A model generated the notes under the pieces. The model was not told the DNA's origin. It saw only the letters and a list, made by a program, of their open reading frames with translations, and ran no database searches. A DNA stretch of 64,000 nt from Octopus sinensis (Eukaryota). The translations under genes and the position numbers were made by a program. The DNA lies in contig NC_043022.1 in the NCBI RefSeq assembly GCF_006345805.1, positions 11,532,001 through 11,596,000 of the forward strand, read 5' to 3'. The number at the start of each line of letters is the position of its first letter. Positions within the stretch are counted from its first letter, which is position 1. This document shows positions 38,879 through 50,327 of this stretch, piece after piece.

Positions 38879-41622
38879 AGGCGCTATTGGAGACGCTGCC
38901 ATTGATTGAAATGGAGGCTGAGGGGGAGACGTTCAAGGCCCTTGTGGATACGGGCTGTACGACCACCCTGGTGACTTCGAGGGTGACGAAGGAATGGAAC
39001 GGGGTGAGTAGTGTCCGGGCAGTCGACGGCAGCGAAATCCATTGCAGAGGCAGCAGCAAGGTAGAGATAGTGGTGCGCAGCGCGACGCTAAGGCTGCAGG
39101 CAATTGTGACCGAACGCGTGATAGATGGAGTTGATGTGGTGATGGGGATGTACGCCATCAACTGCCTCGGTGGCGTCAGTGTTGTGGGAAATGAGGTCAC
39201 GTTCGGAAGCGTGGGGGCGTCGTGCACTGCGAGTCAGGATCGCCAGAGAGAGCAGAGCCCCGCTTACACCATCGAGGACAAAGACTTTCAGGCGGCGTTC
39301 GATGGTCAGCGGTGGACGATAGAGTGGCGATGGAAGGACAAGCCCCCGACGCTGGAGAACAGGGTGAGCTGTTACCAGCATACCCTGAAAGGCCACGCCA
39401 GGGTCGAGTTTGAAGACGAGGTGGAGAGGTGGATCGAGGAAGGGGTCCTTGTCCCTTGGAAGGAGGAGGTAGCGGGCGGAGTGCTACCCCTGATGGCGGT
39501 GGTGCAACCTACGAAGGGAAAAGTCAGACCGGTGCTGGACTTCAGGGAGCTAAACCAGCACATATCGTGTCACACGGGAGGTGAGGCGACAGACGTTTGT
39601 GGTAAGGCATTACGTAAGTGGAGACAGTCGACTGAGGCAGTGACGATTGTCGACTTGAGATCGGCATACTTGCAGCTCCATGTGAGCGACAAACTGTGGC
39701 GATATCAGCTGGTGCGGTACAAGGGCCGGACGTACTGTCTAACCAGGCTGGGTTTCGGGCTGAATTCCGCTCCGAAGATCATGGCAGCAGTGCTTAGATC
39801 CGTCCTAGGGAAAGATGGCAAGATTAGAAAGGCCACCAGCTCCTACATTGACGACATTTTGGTGGACGAAACTGTAGTGCCAGCCGACGAGGTAGTTAGA
39901 CATCTGGAGAAGTTCGGACTGATTGCTAAGCCACCGGAGTCGATTGAAGGGGGAGCCGCGCTGGGGCTGAAGCTGCGAAGAGATGAATCAGGTGAATTGG
40001 TGTTCCGGAGAGGAAATGAAATCCCAGAGCTGAGTTCCAGCGTCAGCAGGAGATAGCTGTTCTCGGTGTGTGGGAAGTTGGTCGGTCACTACCCGATCGC
40101 TGGATGGCTGCGCACAGCGTGTAGTTACACCAAGAGACGAGCAGAAGGAGAGAGGTGGGGCGACAAGGTGGGAGAAGGGACGGTGGCGATGATGCAGGAG
40201 ATCCTAGAGAGGACAAGAGCGGAAGACCCAGTCAGGGGGAACTGGTACGTGCCCAAGATGAAATGCGGGACCGTCTGGTGTGATGCTAGCAGTATAGCGA
40301 TAGGGGTGGTGTTGGCAATCGAAGGCACTGCGGTGGAGGACGCGGCCTGGCTTCAGAAAGCAGATGATTTCAACCACATCAATGTCGCCAAATTAGACGC
40401 GCTGCTGAAAGGGGGGAACTTGGGCTTGGTAGGATCGGTGATCACCGGTGACAGGAGAGTGCGGACGAAAGGTGCTGCGGAGATGTTAGTGAAGCGCCGT
40501 CTAGGAGTTCTAGGTGAATTGGTTGCCGAATTCGGACTGAAGCTGAACGTGGTTTTCGTGCCTTCGGAGAAAAACAGGGCGGACGTACTGACCAGGGTGA
40601 AAAGAGCGTGGTTGGAAGAACCGGAGGAGGCCCGGAAAGGGATAGCTGCGGCGTGTTGGTTGGATGACTCTGAACTGAAGAAACTGCATGCTATGCATCA
40701 CCTGGGTGTGGACAGGACCCTGTATCTGGCAAAAAAAATTGATGCTGACGTCACTAGGAGAAGCGTCCAGAAGGTGGTCGGGAGCTGCGACAGGTGTCAG
40801 TCCATCGACCCTGCTCCGTGTGGGCATGAACAGGGAAGCCTTTCCGTAGAGCAGAACTGGAAAAGGCTAGCTGTGGATGTGACACACTACCGTCAGCGAA
40901 TGTACCTCTCCATGGTCGACTGTGGGCCAGGCCGGCTGGCCATTTGGAGGGAGTTGAGATCGGGCATTGCTGACGAGATCGTGCAGATCCTGAACGGGAT
41001 ATTTTTAGAGAGAGGTCCCGTGGAAGAACTACTGATGGACAACGGGGCGGCGTTTTGTTCGGAAGCATTGAGGGTTATGCTTGATCGGTGGAATGTGCGA
41101 CGCTTGTTCAAAGCAGCGTATAGGCCGAGCGGTAACGGGATCGTGGAGAGGCACCATCGGACAGTCAAGGCCATAGCGGAAAGAGGGCACATTTCGCCGC
41201 TTGAAGCAGTATTTTGGTACAACTTGTCTCCCCGATCCGGACAAACTGAGGAATCTGTGCCGCAGAGAGCTGTGTTCAAATATGAATGGAGGCACCCGAG
41301 CAAAGCGCCGGAGGGTCATGAGGAAGAGAAGGGACCCGTTCGCGTGAAAATAGGGGAGGAAGTCTGGGTCAAGGCACCAAAGGCGCGCTGTACGTCTCAA
41401 TGGAGCAGAGGAACGGTGACGGCGATCAATTCCAGAAGCAACGTATCCGTAGATGGAACACCACGACACATCTTGGACCTTCGCAGGATTGTTGCTTCGA
41501 CGGACGATGATTCTGGAGAGGGGAAGAACGAGGAGCCCAGCTTGAGAAGATCTCGACGAGCAAGGCGTTCTCCCGGTTGGATGGTGGACTACAACATGGA
41601 GCGGAGAGATTGTGATCTTTAA
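38821..41622 (+). pseudogene. pol: Gypsy pol (protease, RT, RNase H, integrase) with in-frame TAG at 40054-40056
   Basis: PR ALVDTGC; RT RPVLDFRELN, DLRSAYLQ, FGLNSAP, YIDD; RNase H WCDAS with HINVAKLDA (expected Glu appears as Lys, and the TDS motif seems deleted); IN H..H..CxxC, AVDVTH, MDNG, NGIVER. ORFs 38815-40056 and 40066-41622 are in the same frame. Confidence 0.95.
38824..38882 (+). promoter_or_regulatory. -1 ribosomal frameshift signal (G GGA AAC plus H-type pseudoknot)
   Basis: The heptamer is in the gag-frame register and pol is in the -1 frame. After a 6-nt spacer, stem 1 is 38837-38845/38857-38866 and stem 2 is 38849-38854/38877-38882. Confidence 0.8.
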
Positions 41623-41635
41623 GATCAGGGTGGCG

Positions 41636-41928
41636 TGTGGGATGATGTCAGCAGCTGGACGTCAGCAGCCGGGTGCGTTGACCGGAAGCTGGGGCAAGGG
41701 AAAGGGGTCAGCTGTCAGGCATGCGCAGAGAGCGGAAATTGCGCCCTTTCCAATGTGGGTCGTGCAGGTGACAAGACGTGTGAGGACGTCGCTATGGGTT
41801 TGGGCTAGCAGCTGCTATCGTTAGTGTTCGGGTCGGGGCTATGAGGAAGGACTAGTCATTACTGGAGGGTCTCCGTCACTAAGAAGAGAAGGTAGGTGCC
41901 TCTATATTCAAATCGCGCACTCACTACT
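41636..41928 (+). repeat. 3' LTR (293 bp; terminal CA reads CT)
   Basis: Direct repeat of the 5' LTR, preceded by a purine-rich tract. Confidence 0.95.
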
Positions 41929-42442
41929 GATCCTTTGTCCAAGGTGTATATGTGTTGATATGTCTGTATGTCTTTACCCACAGGACCATTGAGACAATAC
42001 AAGCACCAAAAATTTGACCTCTTGGAAAGTCCAACAGATCTGTCATTTTAATGAATTTTAATTACCTTTTTCTGATGATATCTGAAAAGAAACATTTATA
42101 AATTTTTTTATTTTTTATATATATATATATTTTTATTTTATTTTATTTATTTATTTAATATATATATATATAACTATCAAAAAGTATTAAAAAGTTAATA
42201 TAAGATAAAAAGTAAAACCACTACGTACGTTTCATGCCCATAACCTAATTGTATGTATGTATATATATATATATATATGAATATATATAATGTCTGCACT
42301 GATATACACATTTGTGTGTATATATATATGTCTATACATATATACATGTGTACATATATGTGTATACATACATGTCTGTGTATGTATATGTGTATACATA
42401 CATGTCTGTGTGTGTGTGTGTATATGTGTATACATACATGTC

Positions 42443-42477
<35 letters not shown>

Positions 42478-42789
42478 GAGTGTGTGTGAATAATATACAT
42501 ATATAAATACCTACATACATCATCATCCTCTTACATCCACTTTCTATGCTTACATGTCTGTCTTCACTTTCTGAGTTCAAATTCCACTGAGGTCAACTTT
42601 GCTTTTCATAATTTGGGATCGATAAAATAAGTACCATTCAATATCAATGATGTAGCTTGTACAACCAATCACTGGAATACTTTCGTCATTGGTCTTCTCA
42701 CTTAGGGTTAGAGTTACAAACAAAGCATAAATGACCTCCAACCTATTCAGCTTACCTTCACTGTTATTTCATATTCTGTTTCTTTTCAG

Positions 42790-43015
42790 CAATTCAAATC
42801 GGTTCTGAGTTTGAACTTAGTGGTAATGGCTTTGCAATGTTCAGTCAAAAAAGTCTCCCCCATCAGAACGCCAGACAGAATGAAAACATCACTTTCACAG
42901 TTACCACGGCAGAATCTAAAGGATTACTATTCTGGCAGGCAGTAGAACATGGTAAAAATCTTCAAAGAAATGACTATGTCTCACTTTATTTGAAGGATGG
43001 TTATGTTGTCTTCAG
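42790..43015 (+). CDS. HSPG2: perlecan exon, LG3 start (AIQIGSEFELSGNGF...GLLFWQAVEHGKNLQRNDYVSLYLKDGYVVF)
   Basis: Acceptor cttttcag|CA, donor TTCAG|gtcagt; 226 nt, phase 1-2. Confidence 0.95.
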
Positions 43016-43062
43016 GTCAGTACAGCTGTAACAATGTACATGTGTATTTTTGTAATAATTGT

Positions 43063-43096
<34 letters not shown>

Positions 43097-43733
43097 TCCT
43101 GTACTTGTATGTATGTATATCTAAAAATATCTCAAAGAGTAGGATATGGCCTAATCACCTGCATAGTAGATCAGGTAACAGAGAAGGATGTCATTTCTGA
43201 TGACTGACTAAACAGCATTGTTGTCAATTGCTACAAGAGCAATGAGGATTTGATTGAGAGAATGAATTTCAATACCTCTTTCTAGTTACTGAAATCCTCT
43301 AACACAGAAATAGTAAATATTTTTTTTAGGTTGTAAAAGTTAAACAGAGATTTATAACACATTTGATGAGAAAGTGAATCAACAGAGATGTAATGCAGTT
43401 TGTTTTTATCCTAGGAATATACAGACACAGGCTAATACGATAAAAACCAGACAAATACTGAGGCTAATTTGGTTAACTTGCCTGAGCCAATAATGGCTTT
43501 CTAAGTTATCTAGGGTCTAAGTTTAAAATATTGTTAGCATGCAGGGTAAAATGTTTAGCAGCATTTCGTCCGTCTGCACCTTTTGAGTTTAAATTCTGCT
43601 GACATAAATTTTGCCTTTCATCCTTTCAGGGTTGATAAAATAAATAACAGCAGGGTCAATGTAATCAACTTAGCCTCTTCCCTGAAACTGTTGGCCTTGT
43701 GCCAAAATTTGAAACCATTATTATTACTATTGT

Positions 43734-43980
43734 GGAGGCGCATGGCTTAGTGGTTAGGGTGTCAGCACCATGATCATAGGATTGTGGTTTCTATTCTTGG
43801 ACCAGGCAACGCATTGTGTTCTTGGGCAAAACACTTCATTTCACATTGCTCCAGTCCACTCAGCTGACAAAAATGAGTAACGCTGTGATGGACTGGTGTC
43901 CCGTCCAGCTGGGGAACACATACACCATAAACCAGGAAACCAGGCGCATGAGCCTGGCTAGGCTTTAAAAAGGGTGCATT
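43734..43980 (+). mobile_element. tRNA-derived SINE, family B (related copies about 59030-59298 and 62402-62665, tail at 3196-3312)
   Basis: tRNA-like head ggcgcatggcttagtggttagg plus core gtgttcttgggcaaaacacttcatttcac..ctccagtccactcagctg. Confidence 0.75.
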
Positions 43981-44011
43981 TATTTTATTTTTTTTATTAT
44001 TACTATTATTA

Positions 44012-44538
44012 TTGAGTGAAAGTGCAATACATGCCATCAAAGTGCTTCTGGGGTACAAATATACAAAGCCCAATATACCCATCTGATGAGGGCACACCAG
44101 ACACATGAACCACAATGATATGTGCATGACTTAATCTCATATCAAGATAAACAACACATGACCTTGCAGGTGGGGCCGCAGTTAGAATTTTGAGTAGCTC
44201 GTCATGCTCAAAAAGGTCCCTGAACAATGGTTGTTTAAGGATGTTGAATGAAACATCTTTCCTGAGGTGAATTATTCAAACCCCAAAGAATCCCTCTCAA
44301 CACATGGCTATGATGTCCCCACACTGCTCATGATTAGAGCTGCACATATGGTCAGCCACTAAGGGACATGCTCAACTTGTTACGGTCAAACAATTGACAA
44401 GCAAATCTGTAGTATTGAGCAGAATATTTGCTGTAACCCATCTTTTTACACCGAAATAAAACATGTACATGATAACACTTCCAATCAGATAAGATCAGAA
44501 GGCATGTGAGCCAGTGCTTGATACTGCATCATGGCATT
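44012..44538 (-). mobile_element. about 530-560-bp retroposon-like repeat with (AAT)n tail, copy 1
   Basis: Colinear with 45019-45577; both ends abut (ATT)n-type runs. Confidence 0.75.
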
Positions 44539-44591
44539 ATTGTTGTTGTTGTTATTATTATTATTAGTAGTAGTAATAGTAGTAGTATTAA

Positions 44592-44800
44592 GGCAGTGAG
44601 CTGGCAGAATCGTTAGCATGCTGGATGAAATGCTTATCAGGATTTCCCCTCATCACTATGTTCTGAGTTCAAATTCCACCAAGGTCAACTTTTCCTTTCA
44701 TCCTTTCAGGGTCGATAAATTAAGAAATTTGTACTAGGAACGATCTAATCAAATAGCCCCCTTCCCACAAATTTCAGGTCTTGTGCCTATAGTACAAAGG
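44592..44800 (+). mobile_element. SINE family C with Nin-like central motif (fragments also about 17040, 25030, 33400, 42570, 43540, 49830)
   Basis: ctgagttcaaattccaccaaggtcaacttttcctttcatcctttcagggtcgataaattaag. Confidence 0.65.
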
Positions 44801-45018
44801 ACAATTGTTATTATTATGCATTTTTCTTCATTCAGTTTTGTCTCCATTTCTTGCCAAGTATCTTCCCAACTCTTTGGGCAAAGAAACTCCCTGTCACCAT
44901 TGATAGGTATGATACTAAACACACTAGGTTTTTCAAAATGAAATGAAGTTATGTGAAAAAAAAAAATTTAATTCAACTAATCAGAGAAAACACTTAAAAC
45001 ACATTACTATTATTATTA

Positions 45019-45577
45019 TTGAGTGAGAGAGCGGTGGATGCCATCAAAGTGACACTGGGGTAAAATATACGAAGCCCAGTATACCCATCATGACTACCCG
45101 TCTGATAAGGGTACACCAGGCACATGCATCACAACCATATGTGCACAATATGGTGGTCTCATATCAAGATAAACAGTGCATGACCTTGCAGGTGGGGCCC
45201 AGTTAGAATTTTCTTCTGGTCGAGTAACCCATCCCACTCAAAAGGTCCCTGAATAAGGGTTGTTTAAGGATGATGAACAAAACACCCATGTTTCCAGAGG
45301 TGAATTATTCAAGCCCCAAAGAATCTCTCTCAACACATGGCTATGATGCTCCCCCACTACTTTTGCTCATGATCAGAGATGCACATATTGTCAGCCACTA
45401 AGGGACATGCTCAACTGGTCATGGTCCAACAACTGACAAGCAAATCTGTGGTATTGAGCAGAATATTTGCTGTAGCCCATCTTTTTACACCAAAATAAAA
45501 CATGTAAATGATAACACTTCCAATCAGTTACGATCAGAAGCCATGAGAGCCACTGCCTGGTACTGCATCAGGGCATT
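45019..45577 (-). mobile_element. same repeat, copy 2
   Basis: Colinear with 44012-44538, with identical end points (ttgagtga... and ...ggcatt). Confidence 0.75.
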
Positions 45578-45644
45578 TGTTATTATTACTAATTATTATT
45601 GTTGTTGTTGTTATTTAAAAATACCTTACTTTCTCTCTTTTCAG

Positions 45645-45728
45645 CTATGAATTAGGCGGTGGTCCAGCTGAAATCATGTCTAACGTTACAGTCAATGATA
45701 GTGTGCCTCATACCATTACAGCTCTCAG
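45645..45728 (+). CDS. HSPG2: perlecan exon, LG3 (SYELGGGPAEIMSNVTVNDSVPHTITAL)
   Basis: Acceptor ctcttttcag|C, donor CTCAG|gtagga; 84 nt, phase 2-2. Confidence 0.93.
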
Positions 45729-45928
45729 GTAGGAACTCACTACAGTCATTGATGGTCGAGGGTTACAGGTTGGAGATCTGGACACAATGTATATATGTAC
45801 ATACTAGCTGACGTACCCAGTAATTCCCAGGAAAGCGTGGTTTATTCCTTCGTTCTGTTCCCATAATTGTTTTGCTAATTCAATATAAGATATGTAGTCT
45901 TTAAATATTGAATTTGGCATTGTCCGTG

Positions 45929-47100
45929 ATGCCAAATTCAATATTTTGATGGCAGACATCGTCAGAATAATGCGAAATGTGTCCTGCATGTGCGAACCGA
46001 CAGAGTTAAAGAGACACATACAACATTTCATTCACCGCATGCAGTTCTCAGGTTACAGCCATAAAGAAAGGATCGGAGTATACAAAGGAGCAATGAAGAA
46101 ATTTGATACTATCATATGTAATGATAGGAATGTGATTTGCCCACTCTATATGAGCAAGTCATGGAACACTATTGAAAGGACTAAGAAGAAAATAGGGAAG
46201 GCCAACTCTTGGTATGATAGCCACAAATACCAGAGTGTCATGTTCGTTGACACCACCCCTAGAGGCAAACTGGCGTACCGCTTTAGGAGGGCCCTAGACA
46301 AACTTAAGCTAAGGATTAAGGTTGTTGAAATCGGTAGAACCTACCCTTTTAGTAGAACCCCTTGTATGGATAGGAACTGTACTGTGTGTAGATTTAGCCC
46401 ACAAACAAACTGTAAAGCCAGAAATGTAGTCTATAGTATAAGATGTACAGAGGGACAATGCAGTAACAAGACAATGATGTACGTAGGGGAAACGGCACAG
46501 AGCATAGGAGAGCGGGTAAATGAACATTGGAGAGAACTTAAGGAAGAAAAGTTCTGTACCAGCATGCCGAGCAGGAACACGGGGGCTCACTCAACAACAT
46601 AGAAGTTAAAATCTTGTCCACACATTGAACAGATGCAACAATTAGACAAATTACAGAAGCTACACACATAATAGAAGATAAACCTAGCCTGAACAGGAAA
46701 CTGGAATGGAACACTAGCACACTCACCCAAAAGACCACAACATATGACAGAATAAGATCTCCATAAACTGATAACAATATAAACAAAACTAAAAACATAA
46801 TAAAATACAGATAAATAAACAAATGGAAGTAAATACCTATATACATTAACTAAATACAAAAAAAAAATAATAATAGTAATAAGTAGGTGTAAACACATGA
46901 ACAAAATAAACAAAAACAAATTGCACGAACGTGTATAAACAGGAGATACAAATATTACTGGCACTCCACCACACACACACACACACAAACTAAACATAGA
47001 CACACATAGGGGTATATGCATGTGCAAATGAAGACAATAGGAATACAAAATGGAATACAACATTAAGATTAATGTAAAAAATAAATAAAGCTGAAGCAAA
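45929..47100 (+). mobile_element. 5'-truncated Penelope-like element (RT thumb, Cys-rich linker, GIY-YIG, 3' UTR)
   Basis: ADIVRIMRNVS...RMQFSGY...CMDRNCTVC...VVYSIRC...YVGETAQSIGERVNEH. After a frameshift it continues HAEQEHGG...RQITEATHIIEDKPSLNRKLEW. The 3' boundary is approximate. Confidence 0.8.
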
Positions 47101-47168
47101 TTAACACCAAATATATAGTGTGTGTGCTTTTATTGGCTAAACTGGCAACATGACCATTCCTAAGTACA

Positions 47169-47221
<53 letters not shown>

Positions 47222-47829
47222 TACACTTATACATAATTTATAATTGAACTACTTCAAGTTTCATTTTCATATAGTGCAATAATCGAACAGACTATCATAG
47301 CGTACCATGCACTATCCAGCGAGTATAATCCCTGCATTTATTAAATAGTTTTTTCTCTCTCTGGATTGAGTACATTTTTGCTGATCCTACTAACAAGCAA
47401 GCAGTACACTATATCCCGTACTAGCATGAGTTTCATGAATATGTTACTCAGCCCTTGGTTTTGCAGCCTGATACTAATCTCTGCCTCTTTTTTAAAGTAA
47501 GATATTTCCTGTTCCTCACAGTTTCAAAGGTATGGGAGGGACTCATTAGACAATGACATTCTAGATATAAAATAATGGGATGGTCATGGCTAGAAAGCTT
47601 TTGATTATATGTCTTTATGATGAGGGATGGCCTGGGGCTATATAGCCCCAAAACATTCTTCAAACTGAAAACAGTTTTTGACCATCTATAAAGTTCCAGC
47701 AAAGCTCATATTGATGTACAGCTCACATATATTGGACAGTACTGCAGCTTCTATTTTTCTGTACAAAAGTATCATTAGGTTTATACTTTCTTCTTGGACC
47801 TCTACTGGCATTGATTTCTTTAGATACAG

Positions 47830-48135
47830 TTGACTGTTCATCATTAAGAACTTTCAATTGTTGTGCACTGATTTCTGTAGCTCTACACACCTGTACAGTT
47901 TTTTTTCCTAATCAGGATCGTGTTCTCTCAATAACTGCATTCTGAGGCTATCACTAAGAATTTTACAGACGATTCTCTCTTTAATGAGCCCATCATTCAA
48001 TGTCCCATACTCACAAGTTCTAGATTTATTCTTTAAATCTGTCGCATGTGAAAAATACATGTCTCTCAATCGTCAGATTTTTCTTAGGTTCACAGAATTC
48101 CAGACACTTTTGCCTCACTTGTCATAATTCTTGCT
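47830..48135 (-). mobile_element. old Gypsy gag remnant
   Basis: Minus strand reads EFCEPKKNLTIERHVFFT...DLKNKSRTCEYGTLNDGLIKERIVC...LLRE...VCRATEISAQQLKVL. Confidence 0.7.
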
Positions 48136-48231
48136 ATCTGCTTCCTCACTCCACTCATGAAATAACTAATTAAAAACACCTTCATAAGAGCTGCTATCAA
48201 AATAACCTCATCATATATATTTCTTTTGCAG

Positions 48232-48332
48232 AACTGGTCGTTTTGGTAACCTGATTGTAGATGGTCAACAATTCCGAGGAAGTTCAAAAGGAATTCTTCA
48301 GATGTTGAATGTTAATGGAAATATATATTTTG
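48232..48332 (+). CDS. HSPG2: perlecan exon, LG3 (RTGRFGNLIVDGQQFRGSSKGILQMLNVNGNIYF)
   Basis: Acceptor cttttgcag|A, donor TTTG|gtaagt; 101 nt, phase 2-1. Confidence 0.93.
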
Positions 48333-48951
48333 GTAAGTTTCTCTACTTTTTGTCTAAAAATGAAGAAAATAATTTACACCTGAACATACATAATGTTTGG
48401 TGTTCTCACTTGAAATACATTCAGTGAATGGACAACTCGGCAGTTAGATTATTAATACTTTATTGTCCATATTTTAATTTTAGTTAATTCAAATTTTAAG
48501 ATTTTCTTCTTTAACTTTTTTTAGATCAGAATTGTTCATTAAGCTATTTCCTCTTCTTATCACTGGTGTAATCTTAATTAGATGATTAATAATAATGAAC
48601 ACACATAAGTTTAATCAATATATAATATAGGGTGTTCAACCGTAGAAACCATGCCAAAGCAGACAGTGGCATTTGGTGCAGTCCTTTGGATCACCAACTC
48701 TTTTTGAACTGTCCAACCCGTATCAGCATGGGAAAACAGATGTTTAATGGTCATGATGGTTGTCTCCCCTATCTTATTTTTTTGTCACTAGAATTGATCA
48801 AGTTAATGGTTATTTCTCTTTGTCACAGGTGTAATGTTAATTTATTAAAATGTCTTGGCTAACCTACATTATATTAGCATTGACTTTACCAATTACATTA
48901 GTGATGATTTTCAAATTAGTGTATTAAATAGTTTCTTCCTTAAGAACCACA

Positions 48952-49197
48952 TATCACACTGGCAAGGTTCTATAGACATTATAAATCAAGGTCAATGAGT
49001 GGGCTAGAAGGAATATATTAGTAGTTTAAGATATTCATGCCTTTCTCAAGATTATAAGTTATCTAATCAAAATGCATTTTGATTAGATAACTTATAATCT
49101 TGAGAAAGGCATGAATATCTTAAACTACTAATATATTCCTTCTAGCCCACTCATTGACCTTGATTTATAATGTCTATAGAACCTTGCCAGTGTGATA
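48952..49197. repeat. perfect 246-bp palindrome with no spacer
   Basis: Arms 48952-49074 and 49075-49197 are exact reverse complements, centred on aaaatg|catttt. Confidence 0.97.
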
Positions 49198-50151
49198 CAG
49201 TGTTTACTATAATAATAATAATTACAAGATACTTATAATGATGCTTATGTGTTTATGTGAGACCATCTCAAGATAAGTGAAACAAAATTCTAAAGATAAT
49301 CGATCACTATGCTACAGTAATGAAACTAGCTTGTCAGTTCAGCCACCTACTCAGACGGTAGGAAATTGAAAATATGAGACTGAAGGAGAAGGAAAAGTGA
49401 AATATTGTTCATTTGCTGAAAATTTTGTTGAACTGGCAGCTGACACAGGGTCATTCAGTCAGCTGAAAACAGCAGTCAAAATTCTCACAAATCACATACT
49501 TAAATAAAGGCTATATTGAATTATATGGTTCCTGATATGTAAATGACAAAATTGTCATATCTACAATGCTTTTCATCATAATCTTGTTTGACTGTAAGTG
49601 ATCCACATACAACTTGTCATCTTCAATTAAGTAAGAACATATTGGAAAATGTAGTCTCATATATACTGGCAAGATTGTGTGTGTTTGTGTAGCTGATATA
49701 CATCAGTCTTGTAAGCAGTGTATCCACAGAAAAGGATGAAAAGCAACTTCTCAGGTTACTCTAAAGTGTATCCCTCAGTCACATAAAATCCATGTGTGTG
49801 AGTATCCTTATTATGATATGGAGGGAATTTTTCTCCTAGTAATAATTCTTTCCAATTTTGGCACCAAGCCAGAAAATTTGAGGAGAGGGAGCAAATTGAT
49901 TGCATCAACCCCAGCACTCGACAGTAATTTCTTTCTTTGATCCCAGAAGAATGAAAAATGAAGTTGACCGCAACAGAATTTGAACTTAGAATGTAACGAG
50001 TCAAAAGAAATACTACTAAGTCTTTTGTCTGACATTCTGATAGCTTTCTGCCTTCTGCTGGTAATAATAATAATAATAAAAATTGTAATGATAATATTTT
50101 TGAGACTGTAATTATATATTAATTACTTTTTACTATTTGTTAATTTTCCAG

Positions 50152-50327
50152 GTGGTGTCCCAGACCTTGACGCAATGACTGGTGGACTACATGATACTAA
50201 TTTCTTTGGTTGCATGAATGATATCTATATTAACAAACAGGGTCCTTTGAAACTGTCACAGGCAGCCATTGGTGGACTCAATATCAAACACTGTACCAAC
50301 TCTAGGGGCTACTGGCCAACTAAGTAA
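50152..50327 (+). CDS. HSPG2: perlecan last coding exon (GGVPDLDAMTGGLHDTNFFGCMNDIYINKQGPLKLSQAAIGGLNIKHCTNSRGYWPTK*)
   Basis: Acceptor ttttccag|GT; TAA at 50325-50327 immediately followed by TGA. Confidence 0.95.

Larger units (their letters stand above)
37841..41928 (+). mobile_element. full-length Ty3/Gypsy LTR retrotransposon (gag, PR-RT-RH-IN, no env), inactivated
   Basis: Two LTRs, 5-bp TSD GATCC (37836-37840 and 41929-41933; TGATCC is also readable), PPT-like aagatcagggtggcg at 41621-41635, and Gypsy domain order. Confidence 0.97.

Noticed and set aside
40054-40056. Programmed readthrough at the TAG inside pol
   Set aside because: It falls within the RT-RNase H connection, where GAG (Glu) would fit (ELFSVCGKL). 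The copy has other lesions, so a nonsense mutation is simpler.
38615-41469. Multiple minus-strand ORFs over the Gypsy element
   Set aside because: These are antisense shadows of GC-rich coding sequence with no recognisable motifs.
45804-45835. Helitron-like end (actagctgacgtacccagtaattcccagg)
   Set aside because: The hairpin is degenerate and I found no matching TC terminus.
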